Assembly: GCA_951406725.2 (NCBI GenBank)
Contig: OX597818.1
Coordinates: 108,004,001 to 108,068,000 of the forward strand
Reading direction: 5' to 3'
Length of the DNA stretch: 64,000 nucleotides
Origin: Octopus vulgaris
Lineage: Eukaryota
The first letter of the stretch is position 1. Each line of letters begins with the position of its first letter. Positions 24,710 to 38,127 of the stretch are shown piece by piece. The position numbers and the translations under genes are program-made. Below the pieces are notes generated by a model. It was not told the origin of the DNA. It worked only from the letters and a program-made list of their open reading frames with translations, and ran no database searches.

Positions 24710-24831
24710 TAACTGCTCTACATCTTAGAGTGTGCTTCTCCGCATTTATGTATTTCTACAAACTATATATATATATATATGTATGCATGTATCTATGTAT
24801 GCATATGCATATATATATATACATGTTTGTC

Positions 24832-25040
24832 CAAGTGTGAGGTGGATGTCAGCACCTGGGAAGGGAGGGCTGAGGACAGAACAACATGGAGGATTGTGGT
24901 GAAGGAACTGCTTCGCTAGAGAGCAGCTACAGAAACAAACAAGTTGAGAAACGTCAGCAGCGAAAGGAAAACAACAGAAATGTAGAGCGCCGAGTCACCC
25001 TCTTGGTATGCAAGTTCTGTGACAGAATCTGTGCTTCAAT
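24832..25040 (+). pseudogene. RTE LINE ORF C-terminal fragment with zinc-finger-like motif
   Basis: KCEVDVSTWEGRAEDRTTWR (frameshift) GTASLESSYRNKQVEKRQQRKE...LVCKFCDRICAS resembles RTE C-termini (WE.LA.DR..WR ... CxxCxRxC). Confidence 0.75.
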
Positions 25041-25367
25041 CTTTCTGGTGTGCCCCACCCCACAAAACAATCCAGATTTTGAATCTGGTCTAGAAAATAA
25101 AAAGGTTGAGAACCGCTACTCCTGACCATTGGTGAACAGACTTTCTAAATCTCCTGCAAAGATGGTACCTGCTCCATTGATTTCTTCCAGAAATCTTTAA
25201 AAATTCTTCAAATGATCATATACTATATTTCTCTCATGGGTATTAGCTGAGATTACTACAAGAGTTACTCAAAACCCTGGAGTTTTGGGCTAAATTTGTT
25301 TTGGTTTTTTAGTAATGTGATGAAAAATATTTCTGGCGGTGTAGACTCTACAGCCGTAATGGTACTG

Positions 25368-25398
<31 letters not shown>

Positions 25399-26329
25399 TG
25401 ACGGTGGTGGTGGTGGTGGTGATGGTGGTGGTGGTGGGTTTGTGGTGAGGGTTTGTGGAGTCGTGGTAAATGAAATATTTGTTTATTGTTTGTTAGGAGT
25501 TGAAGAGAAGGGTTGGCTGGATTTATTTTTTGGTTGGTTTGGTTCCAGCAAAACATAAAAGAGTAAAAACTAAAAAAAAAAGAAAAAAAAAAAGTCAAGC
25601 AAACAGGGTCAGATGTTAAACTGAAATAAATGATATTTTATTGTTGCTAAGCTAAGCTAGAAATTGATAAAATGCGATTTACTAATATTTTTTTCTGTGT
25701 GGTGCAGCAGAACTAAGTGGAACTACAAGGTCAAACATAAGCATAAACAATGGGAATCACTAACCCTAACCCTCACACACAACATAGCAAGGGGGTGGGG
25801 TGGAAATGACTGGGGTGTAGCTTGAAATTTTATTATATAAAAATTCCACCCCTATCACCATCAACACCATCACCTCTACTATAACCACCACAACTACAAT
25901 CACTAATGCCATCATAACCACAACTTCTATTACTTCAACCTTTTTTTTTTATCACTACTACAACCACCTTTACCACTACAACCGTTACCATTATTGCTAC
26001 TAATAACCCTCGCCACTATCATTTCTATCACTACTAATAATCATAATAATAAACAACGGTAAACAAAAAGTTTTACAAAAATTCTATATTTTAACCAAAT
26101 ATTACCACTCTTTTACTTGCTGAATACCAACACTGGCTTTGCTGAGGGTATATCTTCGGTAAAAGATTAAAGGATTCCTGTTACTTTGTCTAAAAGACCA
26201 TCCTTAATTGAACTTGGAACTCATAGGTTTAAATCAGAGTTTATTTTCTGCAGACATTAACAGAGAAGCGTTTAACTTGAGGATGAAATTATTGGAGGAA
26301 AGAGATGGAAAGATACAACGAGAAAGAGG

Positions 26330-26630
26330 GAGAGGGGGAGGGACAATGAGAGAGGGGGAGGGGGAGGGACAATGAGAGAGAAGAGGGAAAGGAACAATGA
26401 GAGAGGGAGATGGACAATGAGAGAGGGGGAGAGACAATGAGAGAGAGGAGGGAAAGGAACAATGAGAGAGGGAGATGGACAAAGAGAGAGAGGGAGAAGG
26501 ACAATGAGAGAGGGGGAAGGACCATGAGTGGGGTAGAGGGACAATGAGAGAGGGGGAGGGAGAGGGACAATGAGAGAGAGGGGAGGGAGATAGACAATGA
26601 GAGGGGGGAAGGAGATGGACAGTGAGAGAT
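26330..26630 (+). repeat. Purine-rich minisatellite with ACAATGAGAG core (~13 units of 19-26 bp)
   Basis: Recurrent GGACAATGAGAGAG separated by G/A-only spacers. Confidence 0.9.
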
Positions 26631-26811
26631 AGAAATATTTAATAATTAACAACCTGAAGATCACAAGTTCAATCCTCGAAGAAATGAAACCAGTCACTTA
26701 ACCACGTAGGTTTGCTGCTCAGTTTTGGAGGGAAAAACAGCATTTGTGACCCTTTCTTTCAGGTCTTTTGAGAATGGTGAAAAAATGGAAGATGATAAAC
26801 CTCAAACCAGG

Positions 26812-27055
26812 CACAGGCATGGCTGCACGGTACGAGGCTTGCTTCCAGACCACATGGTTCTGGGTTCAGCCCCTTGCGAGTGTCTTCTATTATAACTTCA
26901 GGCTTGGGAGTGGATGTGGTGAACAGAAAATGAAAGAAGCCCATCGTATATATATATATATATATATTTCATTCGACTAAAATTTCTTCTAGGCGGTGCC
27001 CCAGCATGGCCACAGTCTAAAGAAGGAAACAAGTAAATAGTAGAAGATAAAAGAT
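26812..27055 (+). mobile_element. Family A SINE, internally deleted
   Basis: Head GGCACAGGCATGGCTGCACGGTA...GGGTTCAGCCCC, (TA)n, tail GGTGCCCCAGCATGGCCACAGTC. Confidence 0.7.
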
Positions 27056-27436
27056 TAACCAGAGATTTAACATGATTGCCTGCAACACATCCTCAAAGAA
27101 CTAGGTGAATGGAATGTTAAACCAACCAGGGAACCTTGTCTCTCAGCCAAGAACTCAAAACATAAAGAATCATAGCAAAAACTGTGGGATACCTCATCCA
27201 GCACCCTAAACAATTCCAACAAAGCATTCTACTTGGCCCAGTTGCTTTTTAAGACAATAATCTGAAAAGAATGAAAGGTAAATCTCACTGTCATGGGATT
27301 TGAACTCAAATTGTAGAGATATGGGAGAAAAACTACAATGTATTTTGTACTCTGTTCAAACAATTCTACCACTTGACCAGCTGTGTGTTTTGACCCCCAT
27401 TTGACCCACTGTGCTTAAATCCCTGCTTGTGCACAG

Positions 27437-27893
27437 GCTGCAAGCTGGCAGAAACATTAGCACACCAGGCAAAATGCTTAGCACTATTTTGTCTGTCTTT
27501 ACATTCTGAGTTCAAATTCCACTTAGGTTGACTGCCTTTCATCCCTTCAGGGTCAATAGATTAGGTACCAGTTGCATACTGGTGTCAATCTAATCGACAG
27601 GGCTCCCTCCTCAAAAATTTCGGGCCTTGTTCCAGGAGTAAAAAGAATATTTTCCTCATTTTAAGGCAGCAAGCTAACAGAACCGTTAGAATGCCGAGTG
27701 AAATGCTTAGCGGTATTTCACTTGTCTTTACGCTATGAGTTCAAATTCCACTGAAGTCGACTTTGCCTTTCATCCTTTCAGGGTCAATAAATTAAATACC
27801 AGTTGCATACTTGGGTTGATCTAATTGACTGCCCCCCCCAAAAAAAAATTTCGGGCCTTGTTCCTAGAGTAGAAAAGAACATTTTCCTCATTT
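27437..27893 (+). mobile_element. Two tandem family C tRNA-headed SINEs (Meta-domain-like centre)
   Basis: Heads like GCTGGCAGAAACATTAGC...GAGTTCAAATTCC; centre GACTTTGCCTTTCATCCTTTCAGGGTCAATAAATT...TACCAG resembles the MetaSINE/Sauria domain. TTCCTCATTTT duplicated around the second copy. Confidence 0.8.
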
Positions 27894-28399
27894 TGCTTCA
27901 AATGTGTCAGAAGAGCCATTAAATCTCCAGTGCTCAGCATCATATCCCTGATTTCTTCGTATCTTAAGTTACTTTAGATGATCTGTAATCTCTTATCAGA
28001 GATGATGGTGGTTGCAAGTCCTCATCTTTCATGACGACAAGTGGCCACCAATAAGTGAACCCTGTACTTATAAGTATCCATCTGGTTTACAGTTTTTCCT
28101 TATTTCTTCAACTCTCTTTTCCTTCCACCTTGCTGGTCATATGCTATCTCCATTAAAATCCACCTGAGTCACTAATCTCATCGTTCTTATCACTCATATT
28201 GTGACACCTCCAAATGCTCTACTAACACAACAACCATTCCTTCCACCTTCAAAAACTGATCTTCCACAAAATTCTCACCCTGTCCATGTTTTTTCTGTTG
28301 TCTCTACTTGCATATTTAAAAGGAACCAAGTTGGCCTCATTTGCCCTGGAACAGCTGTGAAGGTTACTGTCTTTCCAAACAAAAGCCATTGAAACAGAG

Positions 28400-28732
28400 A
28401 CACCCTTCACTCATGAATGACCATGGGATTGCACCTAGAAAGCTACTCTCTGAGGCACAAGTCTGGGCAAGGTGGTTTTATGGAAGACTAGCAGTCACTC
28501 ATGCATACCAGCCTCCTTTCTCCACACCACTGATGTTATCCAAGGGAAAGGCAAAGGCCGATACAGCTTGGCACCAGTGATGCTGCAATTCATCTCTACA
28601 GCAGAGTTAACTGGAGCAACGTGAAATAAAGTGTCTTACTCAAGAACACCACACAGCCCGGTCCAGGAATCAAACTCACAACCTCACAATCGTAAGCTCG
28701 ACGCTCTAACCACTTAGTCATGCACCTTCACA
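28400..28732 (-). mobile_element. tRNA-derived CORE-type SINE
   Basis: Minus strand TGACTAAGTGGTTAGAGCG...GTTTGATTCC...GTGTTCTTGAGTAAGACACTTTATTTCAC. Confidence 0.75.
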
Positions 28733-29574
28733 CCCATCAAATAAAACGAACATTATCATAGCTTTCACATCAGGATGATATCATCACATTTATTACACAG
28801 AGATGACGTCATCACGGTTACTGTCCACCATGACAATTATTGCATAACAATGCTGTTGTAACACAATTACATCATAGGATAAAGTAGAGAGTAAAAAAAA
28901 TATTATCGATATAATAGTAACTATTGCATATCAATGGCATAATGTCAATAGTTACATAATGATACATCAGCCGTTACATAACAATCATGTGACAAATATC
29001 ACAGAATAAATTTTTGAAGACTAGAATTCCTGTGGAAGTTTTTTCCCCATCTTTCAGATTATGATAACTTTTTTCCAAATTGCAAATTGTTGAAATAAAA
29101 TAGTAATTTTATGCACCAAACTTGAAATGAAAAATCCAGAAATTTATACTAGAATTGAAAATTTCTTGGAAATGAATTTATTTACAGCAAATGTGTGAAT
29201 GGCAAATGCAAAATATTCTAAGTGAATTGGAATTCGCTTCTTAGTTAGAGAAAATAAACAATAACCTATTTAACTTGAATAAACAAATGGTTTAGATTGA
29301 AATAAATCAAATGTGTACAAATGAAGTGAATAAGGTAGGCAAAAAAATTCTTTTAAACATAAATTTATGCTTAGTTAGAATAAGAAAAACAAAAAGCCGG
29401 AAGGAATTTCTAAGTAATCTTCAAAGAAATGAGGAAATAATTTCAATGAATTAAAAATTAATTCCAAAAATTTAATTAAAGGAAAATTTGACCTTTATTT
29501 GCTGGAACAACAACAACAACAACAACAAGAAATGTGCTTGAGTGTTACTGGATGTTCATCATCATCGTTTAACG

Positions 29575-29890
29575 TCCGTTTTCCATGCTAGCATGGGTTG
29601 GACGGTTCGACCAGGGTCTGGAAAGCCAGGAGGCTGCACCAGGCCCCAGTCTGAGCTGGCAGCAGTGTTTCTACAGCTGGTTGCCCTTCCTAATGCCAAC
29701 CACTCAGTGAATGTAGTGGGTGTTTTTTACGTGTCACCAGCGCAGGGGCCAGATGAGGCTGGCAAACGGCCACAATCGGTTGGTGCTTTTACATGTCACC
29801 AACATGGATGCCAGTCAGGTGGCGCTGGCGACTGCCACATTCGGATGGTGCTTTTAACGTGTCACTGGCATTGGTATCTTAACTACAATT
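29575..29890 (-). mobile_element. Family B repeat
   Basis: CATCATCATCGTTTAACGTCCGTTTTCCATGCTAGCATGGG. Confidence 0.85.
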
Positions 29891-30215
29891 TGTCCACAAA
29901 GCATCCACAACACAAATCTGCTTGCTCAATAAACGGAGGTTTTGTAGCATTTAGAGAAAGACTTAGAAATAATTTTTGATGAGCTTTAATTTGCCTTAAA
30001 AGATAATTTTGAGCTGAAGAGGAAAAAGCTAGAGGTAAGCAACAGACAGAAATTAATACAAATGATATTATACTCTGAATATGTAAGCAAAAAATTCAAA
30101 TTTCAGATTTCTTAAAATCAATTGTGGTTGAAATTCAATTTTGATTTTTAAAAAATATATTTTTATTTATTAGTTTTAAAGTTCAAAGCGAGAAATATAA
30201 AAAAAAAAAAAGAGT

Positions 30216-30260
<45 letters not shown>

Positions 30261-30403
30261 AACAAACAATCTTGCCATCATTTCAAGCTTGCTAGGTTAA
30301 GTGTTTTGCTGGAGATCATAACGCAACATAAAACACATGATAGGATCTCAGGAATCAAAGTTCAAAAGTTCCACCGATTCCACTTTGGTCATTGTGTCTC
30401 ACA

Positions 30404-30404
<1 letters not shown>

Positions 30405-30473
<69 letters not shown>

Positions 30474-30571
30474 GTATAATAATAATAATAGTAATAATAA
30501 TAATAATGATAGTAGTAGTAGTAATACTAATAATGATAACAATAATAATAATAATAATAATAATAGTAATG

Positions 30572-30670
<99 letters not shown>

Positions 30671-30800
30671 GTAGCAATACTACTACTACTACTACTAATA
30701 ATAATAATAATAATAATAATAATAGTAGCAATACTAATAATAACGATAATAATGATGATGGTGGTGGTGGTGGTGGTGGTGGTGGTGATGATGATGATAA
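30405..30800. repeat. (AAT)n / (GGT)n microsatellite
   Basis: Read directly. Confidence 0.95.
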
Positions 30801-31409
30801 TTTCTTTTGATCTGACAGCTATCATATTTTACACAATATATTCTCTGTTCTTTCAAAGACCACCACAGTCTGTTGAGTCAGTGCTGATCTGCTAGTTTCT
30901 ATGGCGATCCTTTATCTCTTTAGTTTGTTTAAAACATTTAGAGCCAAGGCCATGCTGGAGCACTAACTGTCAGTGTGAGAGCAAAAAACAAATATCCACT
31001 TGGATAAGATGCCAATGTGTCTGAGATAAATTCTTCGATGAGAAGCATTTGAAATAACTTTGGTGATATAATCCTTGCCACCTGTGGTTGAATAACTGCC
31101 CCTTGATTGTACAGTCTCATTACAGCTCAGAAAACTGAAATGGAACTTGGTTACAACCTCAACATAATGCAAGTGACAGGATTTGAACATTCGAACTGTC
31201 CGTTATCCTCTCAACAAAATTCTCCAAACTTTACCTCTGATATATCATTAAAATTTTCATCCTCATCATCATCATCATCATCGTCCCCACCACCACCATC
31301 ATCATCATCAGCAGCAGCAGCATCCTCGCTGCTACTGCCACCACCATCGTCATCATCACCACCACCGCTGCCACCACCAAAACCACCACCACCATCACCA
31401 CCACCACTT

Positions 31410-31757
31410 TCAATCTTTCCAGTCATCCTTAAATTCTCCAGGCCAAATTCTTCATCACAGGATTGAGAAATCTCAGTTGCTTGGCCCTGATCTCATAAAG
31501 CAGCTTCCTATTAACCACAGTCCAGCTCATCACCTCTTCATTACACACTTTGTCCATGCTATCCTCAATATTCTCCTGAAGAAACAGATTTCCCTGCTCT
31601 CCAAGCACCTTCTCGTTTCTGATGTTAAAGACCATGTCTCACTGCCATACATTAACACAATGTAGATAGAGCAGTTCAATATACGGATCTTGGTCTTGAT
31701 GCTCAGAGTATGGTTTCTCATGATGTTATACCATTTTGTGAATGCAGACTTAGCCCA
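31410..31757 (-). pseudogene. RTE-clade LINE post-RT region fragment
   Basis: AKSAF...LSIKTKIRILNCSIYIVLMYGSETWSLT...FFRRILRIAWT / NEEV...KLLYEIRAKQLRFL, typical of RTE ORF. Confidence 0.85.
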
Positions 31758-31975
31758 AGGGTGGGGTTCTAAAAGAATACTTTCCCGTATCCTCTGTGTG
31801 TTGTAAAAGGCAACTGAAAGGAGAATCTCCGCAACAGCAGGGGGAAGAATGCTGTTTGGGTAGCAGCAATGGAATCATTAAAAACAGCATTTCCCCAAGG
31901 ATATTGCTGTGACAGGTCAAGTTTAGACTGCCTTTAGATAGACCTAGCCATGCCCTGCACTGGGCAACAGCAGCA

Positions 31976-32372
31976 GTGGAGGTGCAATGGCCCAGTGGTT
32001 AGGGCAGCAGACTCACGGTCGGAGGATCGCGGTTTCGATTCCCAGACCGGTTGTTGTGTGTGTTTATTGAGCGAAAACACCCAAAGCTCCATGATGCTCC
32101 GGCTGGAGGTGGTGGCAACCCCTGTTGTACTCTTTCGCCCCAACTTTCTCTCACTCTTTCTTCCTGTTTCTTGTCCCCAACTTCCTATGCAACTGCTGAG
32201 CCTGGATGCGCATTCAGCCATCCATCGATGCTCTTGGTGTCGGGGGTTGACCTGCTTTCTCTTCTGTGGGTCTTACGAATAGCAAAGGACCATGTTTCGG
32301 ACTTCTTCCATCTTGTGAGCTCTGGGACGAAGACCATTCGCTCAACAGCAACAGCAACAGCAGCAGCAGTAG
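31976..32372 (+). mobile_element. tRNA-headed SINE with (CAA/CAG)n tail
   Basis: TGGCCCAGTGGTTAGGGCAGC...GGTTTCGATTCCC; CAGCAGCAGT on both flanks (possible TSD). Confidence 0.75.
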
Positions 32373-32986
32373 TGCAGCACAAGTATCTCGGTTGATGATG
32401 CTTGAGTGATGAACACCTGCAAATCTTAATTAAACAGTAGGTGTTCTGGTGAGCCTAGATACGGCCATCACACTGTGGTGAAGAAGGCGACAGGAAACCA
32501 CTTCACAACTTTACGATTCTCAAGAACAATCATGGATTGTTGCAGTTCATTCATCTCTAGGCCTCTTAAACAAAACCAAAAGTATGTAATAGAAACTGTA
32601 TTATGTAAAACATCGACAGAACACTGCAGGAATCACTTGTGATGACATGACATTAACCATCAACTTGACGCCTTGAATCAAGAAACAATTGCTTTTTCAC
32701 ATGCACAGTTCAAACTGAACAATAGATTGGCCATTTCTTTCAGTTGATAATCGCATTTAGAAATTGTAAAACCATTCATAATCAAAGTGACTGATGATGA
32801 ATAAATTAAACAATGAATTGACTAATGACAAACTCGCTGTTGACAAATTGCAATACCAAATTGCCCTAAGACTATATGTGTGGTATGCGATTGGTGTGCT
32901 TATATGTCTATACATATGTACATACATGCATGCATAGATATATGCCTGTATGTATGCATGTGTCTGTGTGTGTGTGTATGTGTGTT

Positions 32987-33025
<39 letters not shown>

Positions 33026-33028
<3 letters not shown>

Positions 33029-33333
33029 TTCAGCAAAATTTAGATTCAGATGAATATGGTACTTAAGTTTAAGGCACCAGAATTTTGTATGGTATTATCC
33101 ATATAAATCAAATGGTGTGATTATAATCAAAATAAGCAACAAGGATTTCCAAGATAATGTAGTACAATCAGTTCATGCTACTACCTTTTATTAACCACTG
33201 TAAGTATTACATGAGTTTTAAAATGTCAACCAATCTATATGTGGCTGAAGATTGCTCGACATTTTAAAACTGATGTAAGTAGCATGAAACAATTGTACTA
33301 CTCTACCTTGGATATCCTTGTTGCTTATTTTGA
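33026..33333. mobile_element. Fold-back insert in (TA)n carrying a hammerhead motif
   Basis: Outer arms 33126-33182/33278-33333 and inner arms ~33207-33236/33249-33278. Confidence 0.8.
33241..33301 (+). ncRNA. Type I minimal hammerhead ribozyme motif
   Basis: GTGG CTGAAGA TTGCT [24 nt] AGCAT GAAA C AATT G TA CTAC. Stem I GTGG/CTAC, palindromic stem III ACAATTGT, U.U mismatch at the base of stem II. Confidence 0.65.
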
Positions 33334-33348
33334 TATATATATATATAT

Positions 33349-33479
<131 letters not shown>

Positions 33480-33884
33480 TACATACATTTATTATCACAA
33501 ACAAGAGCAATAGTCAATACGTGAAGTTGAATTTACTTATTTAGAAAACAATATTTCTGCTTATCATTCCTCTGAAGTTTGTTCTGTTGACAAAAAAATC
33601 AATCCTTTGTAGACAAAAGTTCTTTAGTTACCATCAACCCATACAACACGATCTCTGTGTTGTTTACCACTTCCTCAACCTCCGTATCAGTCTTTATCAT
33701 AGAATCTTCAACCTTCTCCGTGTAGCTTAACTTGTTTTTCCTATCAATTCTTACACATTCACAAGAGAGATCTATGACTAAGTTATGAAGAGGCTATGGG
33801 CAAAAGAATGGCTCCCAAATGAGACAACTTGTTGGCAATGTTGAGTTCCACACCGTTTACTGATTCCATCCCAGAGCTATATTC

Positions 33885-34084
33885 TTTTATTCGTTTCAGT
33901 GCCAAGCTAGAGCACCACCTTTAGTCGAACAAATTGACCACAGGACTTATTCTTTGTAAGCCTAGTACTTATTCTATTAGTCTCTTGCTGAACCACTAAG
34001 TTACAGGGATGTAAACACACCAACATTGGTTGTCAAGTGATGGAGGAAGAACAAACACAGACACACAAATATACACACACACAT

Positions 34085-34181
<97 letters not shown>

Positions 34182-34740
34182 TGACAGGCTTCTTTCAGTT
34201 TTTATCTACCAAATCCACTAACAAGGCTTTGGTCTGCCCGAGGCTATAGTAGAAAACATTTGACCTAGGTGCCATGCAGTGAGACTGAACCTGGAGTCAT
34301 GAGGTTGGGAAGCAAGCTTGTTACCACACAGCCATGTCTGGCAGAAATGGTGGTGAGCTGGCAGAATCGTTAGCACACTGGGCGAAATGCTTGGTGGTAT
34401 TTCATCTGCCATTACATTCTGAGCTCCCATTCCACCGAGGTCGACTTTGCCTTTCAATCCTTTTGGGGTCGATTAAATAAGAACTACTTACGCACTGGGG
34501 TCAATGTAATCGACTTAATCCCTTTGTCTGTCCTTGTTTGTCCCCTCTCTCTTTATCCCTTGGTGAGTGGGCAATAAAGAAATATATATGGTTGGCATTA
34601 GGAAGGGCATCCAGCTGTAGAAACACTGCCAGATCTGACTGGCCTGGTGCAGCCTTCGGGCTCCCCAGACCCCAGTTGAACCGTCCAACCCATGCTAGCA
34701 TGGAAAGCGGACGTTAAACGATGATGATGATGATGATGAT
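33885..34740. mobile_element. Cluster: family A (-, 33885-34336), family C (+, 34349-34585), family B (+, 34590-34740)
   Basis: Diagnostic motifs of each family, abutting one another. Confidence 0.8.
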
Positions 34741-35184
34741 TTTGAAGACTCACTCAGTGCCATTATTCTCTTATATACAGATCTAAGTTCTTACCCATCC
34801 TTTGTCGATTCCTTTCCCCTTCTTCATCTCTGATACGTCTCTCACTTTCCTTCAAATTAGTGTCCCCATCAACCTTCTCCCCCTCCCCCTCTCCACTTCT
34901 ACTGTTTTCAAACTCCTAACAGTTTCCACTCTTCGGCTTCCTTCTTCTCACCCCTTCCGCCCAAATCATGCCATCCCTGATCCCAGTTTCTCTGTCCCCC
35001 ATCTCATCTGTAGCTGTTATTATGACGTTGAATCTGGAAACCTGTTTCCATATTCAACATGGTTACCAAGCCCTCTGTTTTTATTGATTAAGCTGCCCCT
35101 TGTCAGATGCCATTTACCACTCTGATGTTCAGTGGGTTGTCATAGCTAATTACTAGCACTGCATATAATACGTGCATGTGCATA

Positions 35185-35599
35185 CTCTTTTACTCTTTAC
35201 TCTTTTACTTATTTCAGTCATTTGACTGCGGCCATGCTGGAGCACCGCCTTTGGTCGAGCAGATCGACCCCAGGACTTATTCTTTGTAAGCCCAGTACTT
35301 ATTCTATCAGTCTCTTTTGCTGAACCGCTAAGTGACGGGGATGTAAACACACCAGCACCGGTTGTCAAGCAATGCTAGGGGGACAAACACAGACACACAA
35401 ACACACACACACACATACATATATATTTATATATATATACGATAGGCTTCTTTCAGTTTCCGTCTACCAAATCCACTCACAAGGCATTGGTCGGCCCAAG
35501 GCTATAGCAGAAGACACTTGCCCGAGGTGCCACACAGTGGGACTGAACCCGGAACCATGTGGTTGGTTAGCAAGCTACTTACCACACAGCCACTCCTGT
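35185..35599 (-). mobile_element. Family A SINE, full length
   Basis: (ACTCTTTT)n tail to head CACAGCCACTCCTG. Confidence 0.9.
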
Positions 35600-35778
35600 G
35601 TCTTTTATCGTTATTTTTTTTATTTTTGTTTCAGTCATTAGACTGCGACCATACTGGGGCACTGCCTTGAAGAACTTTTAATCAGATGAACTAACTGCAG
35701 TGCTTATAGTGTTTTAAACCTAGTACTTATTCTACTGAGACTCTTTTGCCAAACCACTAAGTTACAGGGACATAAACA

Positions 35779-36200
35779 GGCGCAGGAGTGGCTGTGTGGT
35801 AAGTAGCTCGCTTACCAACCACATGGTTCCGGGTTCAGTCCCACTGCGTGGCATCTTGGGCAAGTGTCTTCTGCTATAGCCTCGGGCCGACCAATGCCTT
35901 GTGAGTGGATTTGGTAGACGGAAACTGAAAGAAGCCTGTCGTATATAATGTATATATATATATATATATGTATGTATGTGTGTGTGTATGTTTGTGTGTC
36001 TGTATTTGTCCCCCCACCATCGCTTGACAACCGATGCTGGTGTGTTTACATCCCCGTCACTTAGCAGTTCGGCAAAAAGAATAAGTACTGGGCTTACAAA
36101 GAATAAGTCCCGGGGTCGATTTGCTCGACTAAAGGTGGTGCTCCAGCATGGCCGCAGTCACATGACTGAAACAAGTAAAAGAGTAAAAGAGTAAAGAGTA
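35779..36200 (+). mobile_element. Family A SINE, full length (tRNA head, CORE-like segment, internal microsatellite, (AAAAGAGT)n tail)
   Basis: GGCGCAGGAGTGGCTGTGTGG (A box) ... GGTTCAGTCCC (B box) ... TCTTGGGCAAGTGTCTT. Nested in an older minus-strand copy (35625-35778 resumes at 36201). Confidence 0.9.
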
Positions 36201-36479
36201 TACCAGCACTGGTTGTCAAGCAGTGGCAGAGGCCAGACACAGACACAAACATACACACACAAGCGTGCACACAAACACACACGCATGCACACAAACACAA
36301 ACACATGTATATTTCACTAAGGCCTTATGAGACTAATAACCTGATATAGAACTGAATATACGGATATTTCAGAAGAAAATGTTAGACGAGTATAGAACAG
36401 TAAAAAGAAAAAGAAGTGACACAAGAAAAACGATGGTTGTGTAATGCACTTCATTAGCTTGCAGTTGTTTCTGCTATAA

Positions 36480-36762
36480 GACACACCGCTGGACTGGCTC
36501 CTGTGCAGGTGACACATAAAAAGCACCATTTAAGCGTGGCCGTTGCCAGTGCTGCCTGACTGGCCCTCGTGCTGGTGGCACGTAAAAGCACCCACTACAC
36601 TTTCGGAGTGGTTGGTGTTAGGAAGGGCATCCAGTTGTAGAAACTTTGCCAGATCAGATTGGAGTTTGGCGCAGCCATCTGGTTTGCCAGTCCTCAGTCA
36701 AATCGTCCAACACATACTAGCATGGGAAGTGGACGTTAAACAATGATGATGATGATGATGAT
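36480..36762 (+). mobile_element. Family B repeat
   Basis: GGAGTGGTTGGTGTTAGGAAGGGCATCC...GGACGTTAAAC AATGATGAT. Confidence 0.85.
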
Positions 36763-37442
36763 GGGCTCATAGTTGGGTGCCTGAATAACACCCTCCAGCT
36801 TCGTCAGAGCCTTGAATATGCAGTGCAATTTATTTGGGAGAAAAGAATTTCATTTGTGCAATATACAGGGAAGGCATTAACAGTGAGGAAATCGTTATTG
36901 ATGTTTTTAAGAAATAGTGTAAGTCCAAAAAGCAATGGGCTTCTTTCAGTTTCAGTCTTGCAAATCTATTGACAAGGTTTTGGTTGGCTCAAGTCTATAA
37001 CAGAAGACACTGATCTGAGGTGCCATGAAGAGAGACTCAACCGGGAACCATGTGGTTAGGAATCAAACTTCTTACCACGAATAAAAACAGCAGGGACAGC
37101 AGGGTGGTAGTGGTGGGGATGTAGCTATGGAGCTTGTTTTGCAATCCTATAGCTTTAGGTTCAGTTCCACTGCATAGCATCTTGAGCAAGTATCTCCTAC
37201 TTAAGCCCTGGCCAGACAAAGCCGTGAGAGAGAGGATTTGTCTGGTAGAAATTGAAAGAAGCTTCTTGTGGGTGTATGTGTGTGTGTGTCTGGTTAAAAA
37301 GCCTACTTCACAAGCACATTATTATGGATATGAGTCCACCGTAGAGCATTCGGGGAAAAGAACTTTCTGTAACTGATTCAATACGGCAAAATGAAATTGG
37401 TAGAAGGAAACTTTGAGAGTCAACCACACATATACACACTAA

Positions 37443-37475
<33 letters not shown>

Positions 37476-37489
37476 ACATTTATATATAA

Positions 37490-37533
<44 letters not shown>

Positions 37534-37536
37534 ATG

Positions 37537-37600
<64 letters not shown>

Positions 37601-37654
37601 TGTATATATATATATATATATAAATGTAAATATGTAAATGTATATATATGTATT

Positions 37655-37736
<82 letters not shown>

Positions 37737-37884
37737 AATTAGAAAAAAACCACCTTTTATCAATTCAATAATGAAAAATTAAATTATACCAATTTCTATC
37801 ATAATGTGATATTGAAACTGTAAGTTTGGAATAATATTCCCTCATATTATTATTATGTATATATATGTGTGTGTGTGTTTGTAT

Positions 37885-38074
37885 ATTTCGTTTTTAGATT
37901 TGGCTTGCAAGATTCTTTATATGAGTTCGTTTGTTGAAGCATATTCTGTTGTGTCATCTTATTTTTGTGCCTTATAATATAACACACTCACCGGTAAAAT
38001 TTCCACTTTTTTTCTTATTTTTATTTTGCTAAAATTTTCGTTGTGTCTTGCAACCTTTTCAATAGTTTTCAAAA

Positions 38075-38127
<53 letters not shown>

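Noticed and set aside
25761-25775. (TAACCC)2 telomeric repeat
   Set aside because: Only two units; expected by chance.
19277-26630. CRISPR-like arrays (13-mer at 19277, minisatellite at 26330)
   Set aside because: No unique spacers, no cas genes, eukaryotic context.
26654-26700. CTGAAGA...GAAACCAGTC as a hammerhead
   Set aside because: Stems I and II do not pair.
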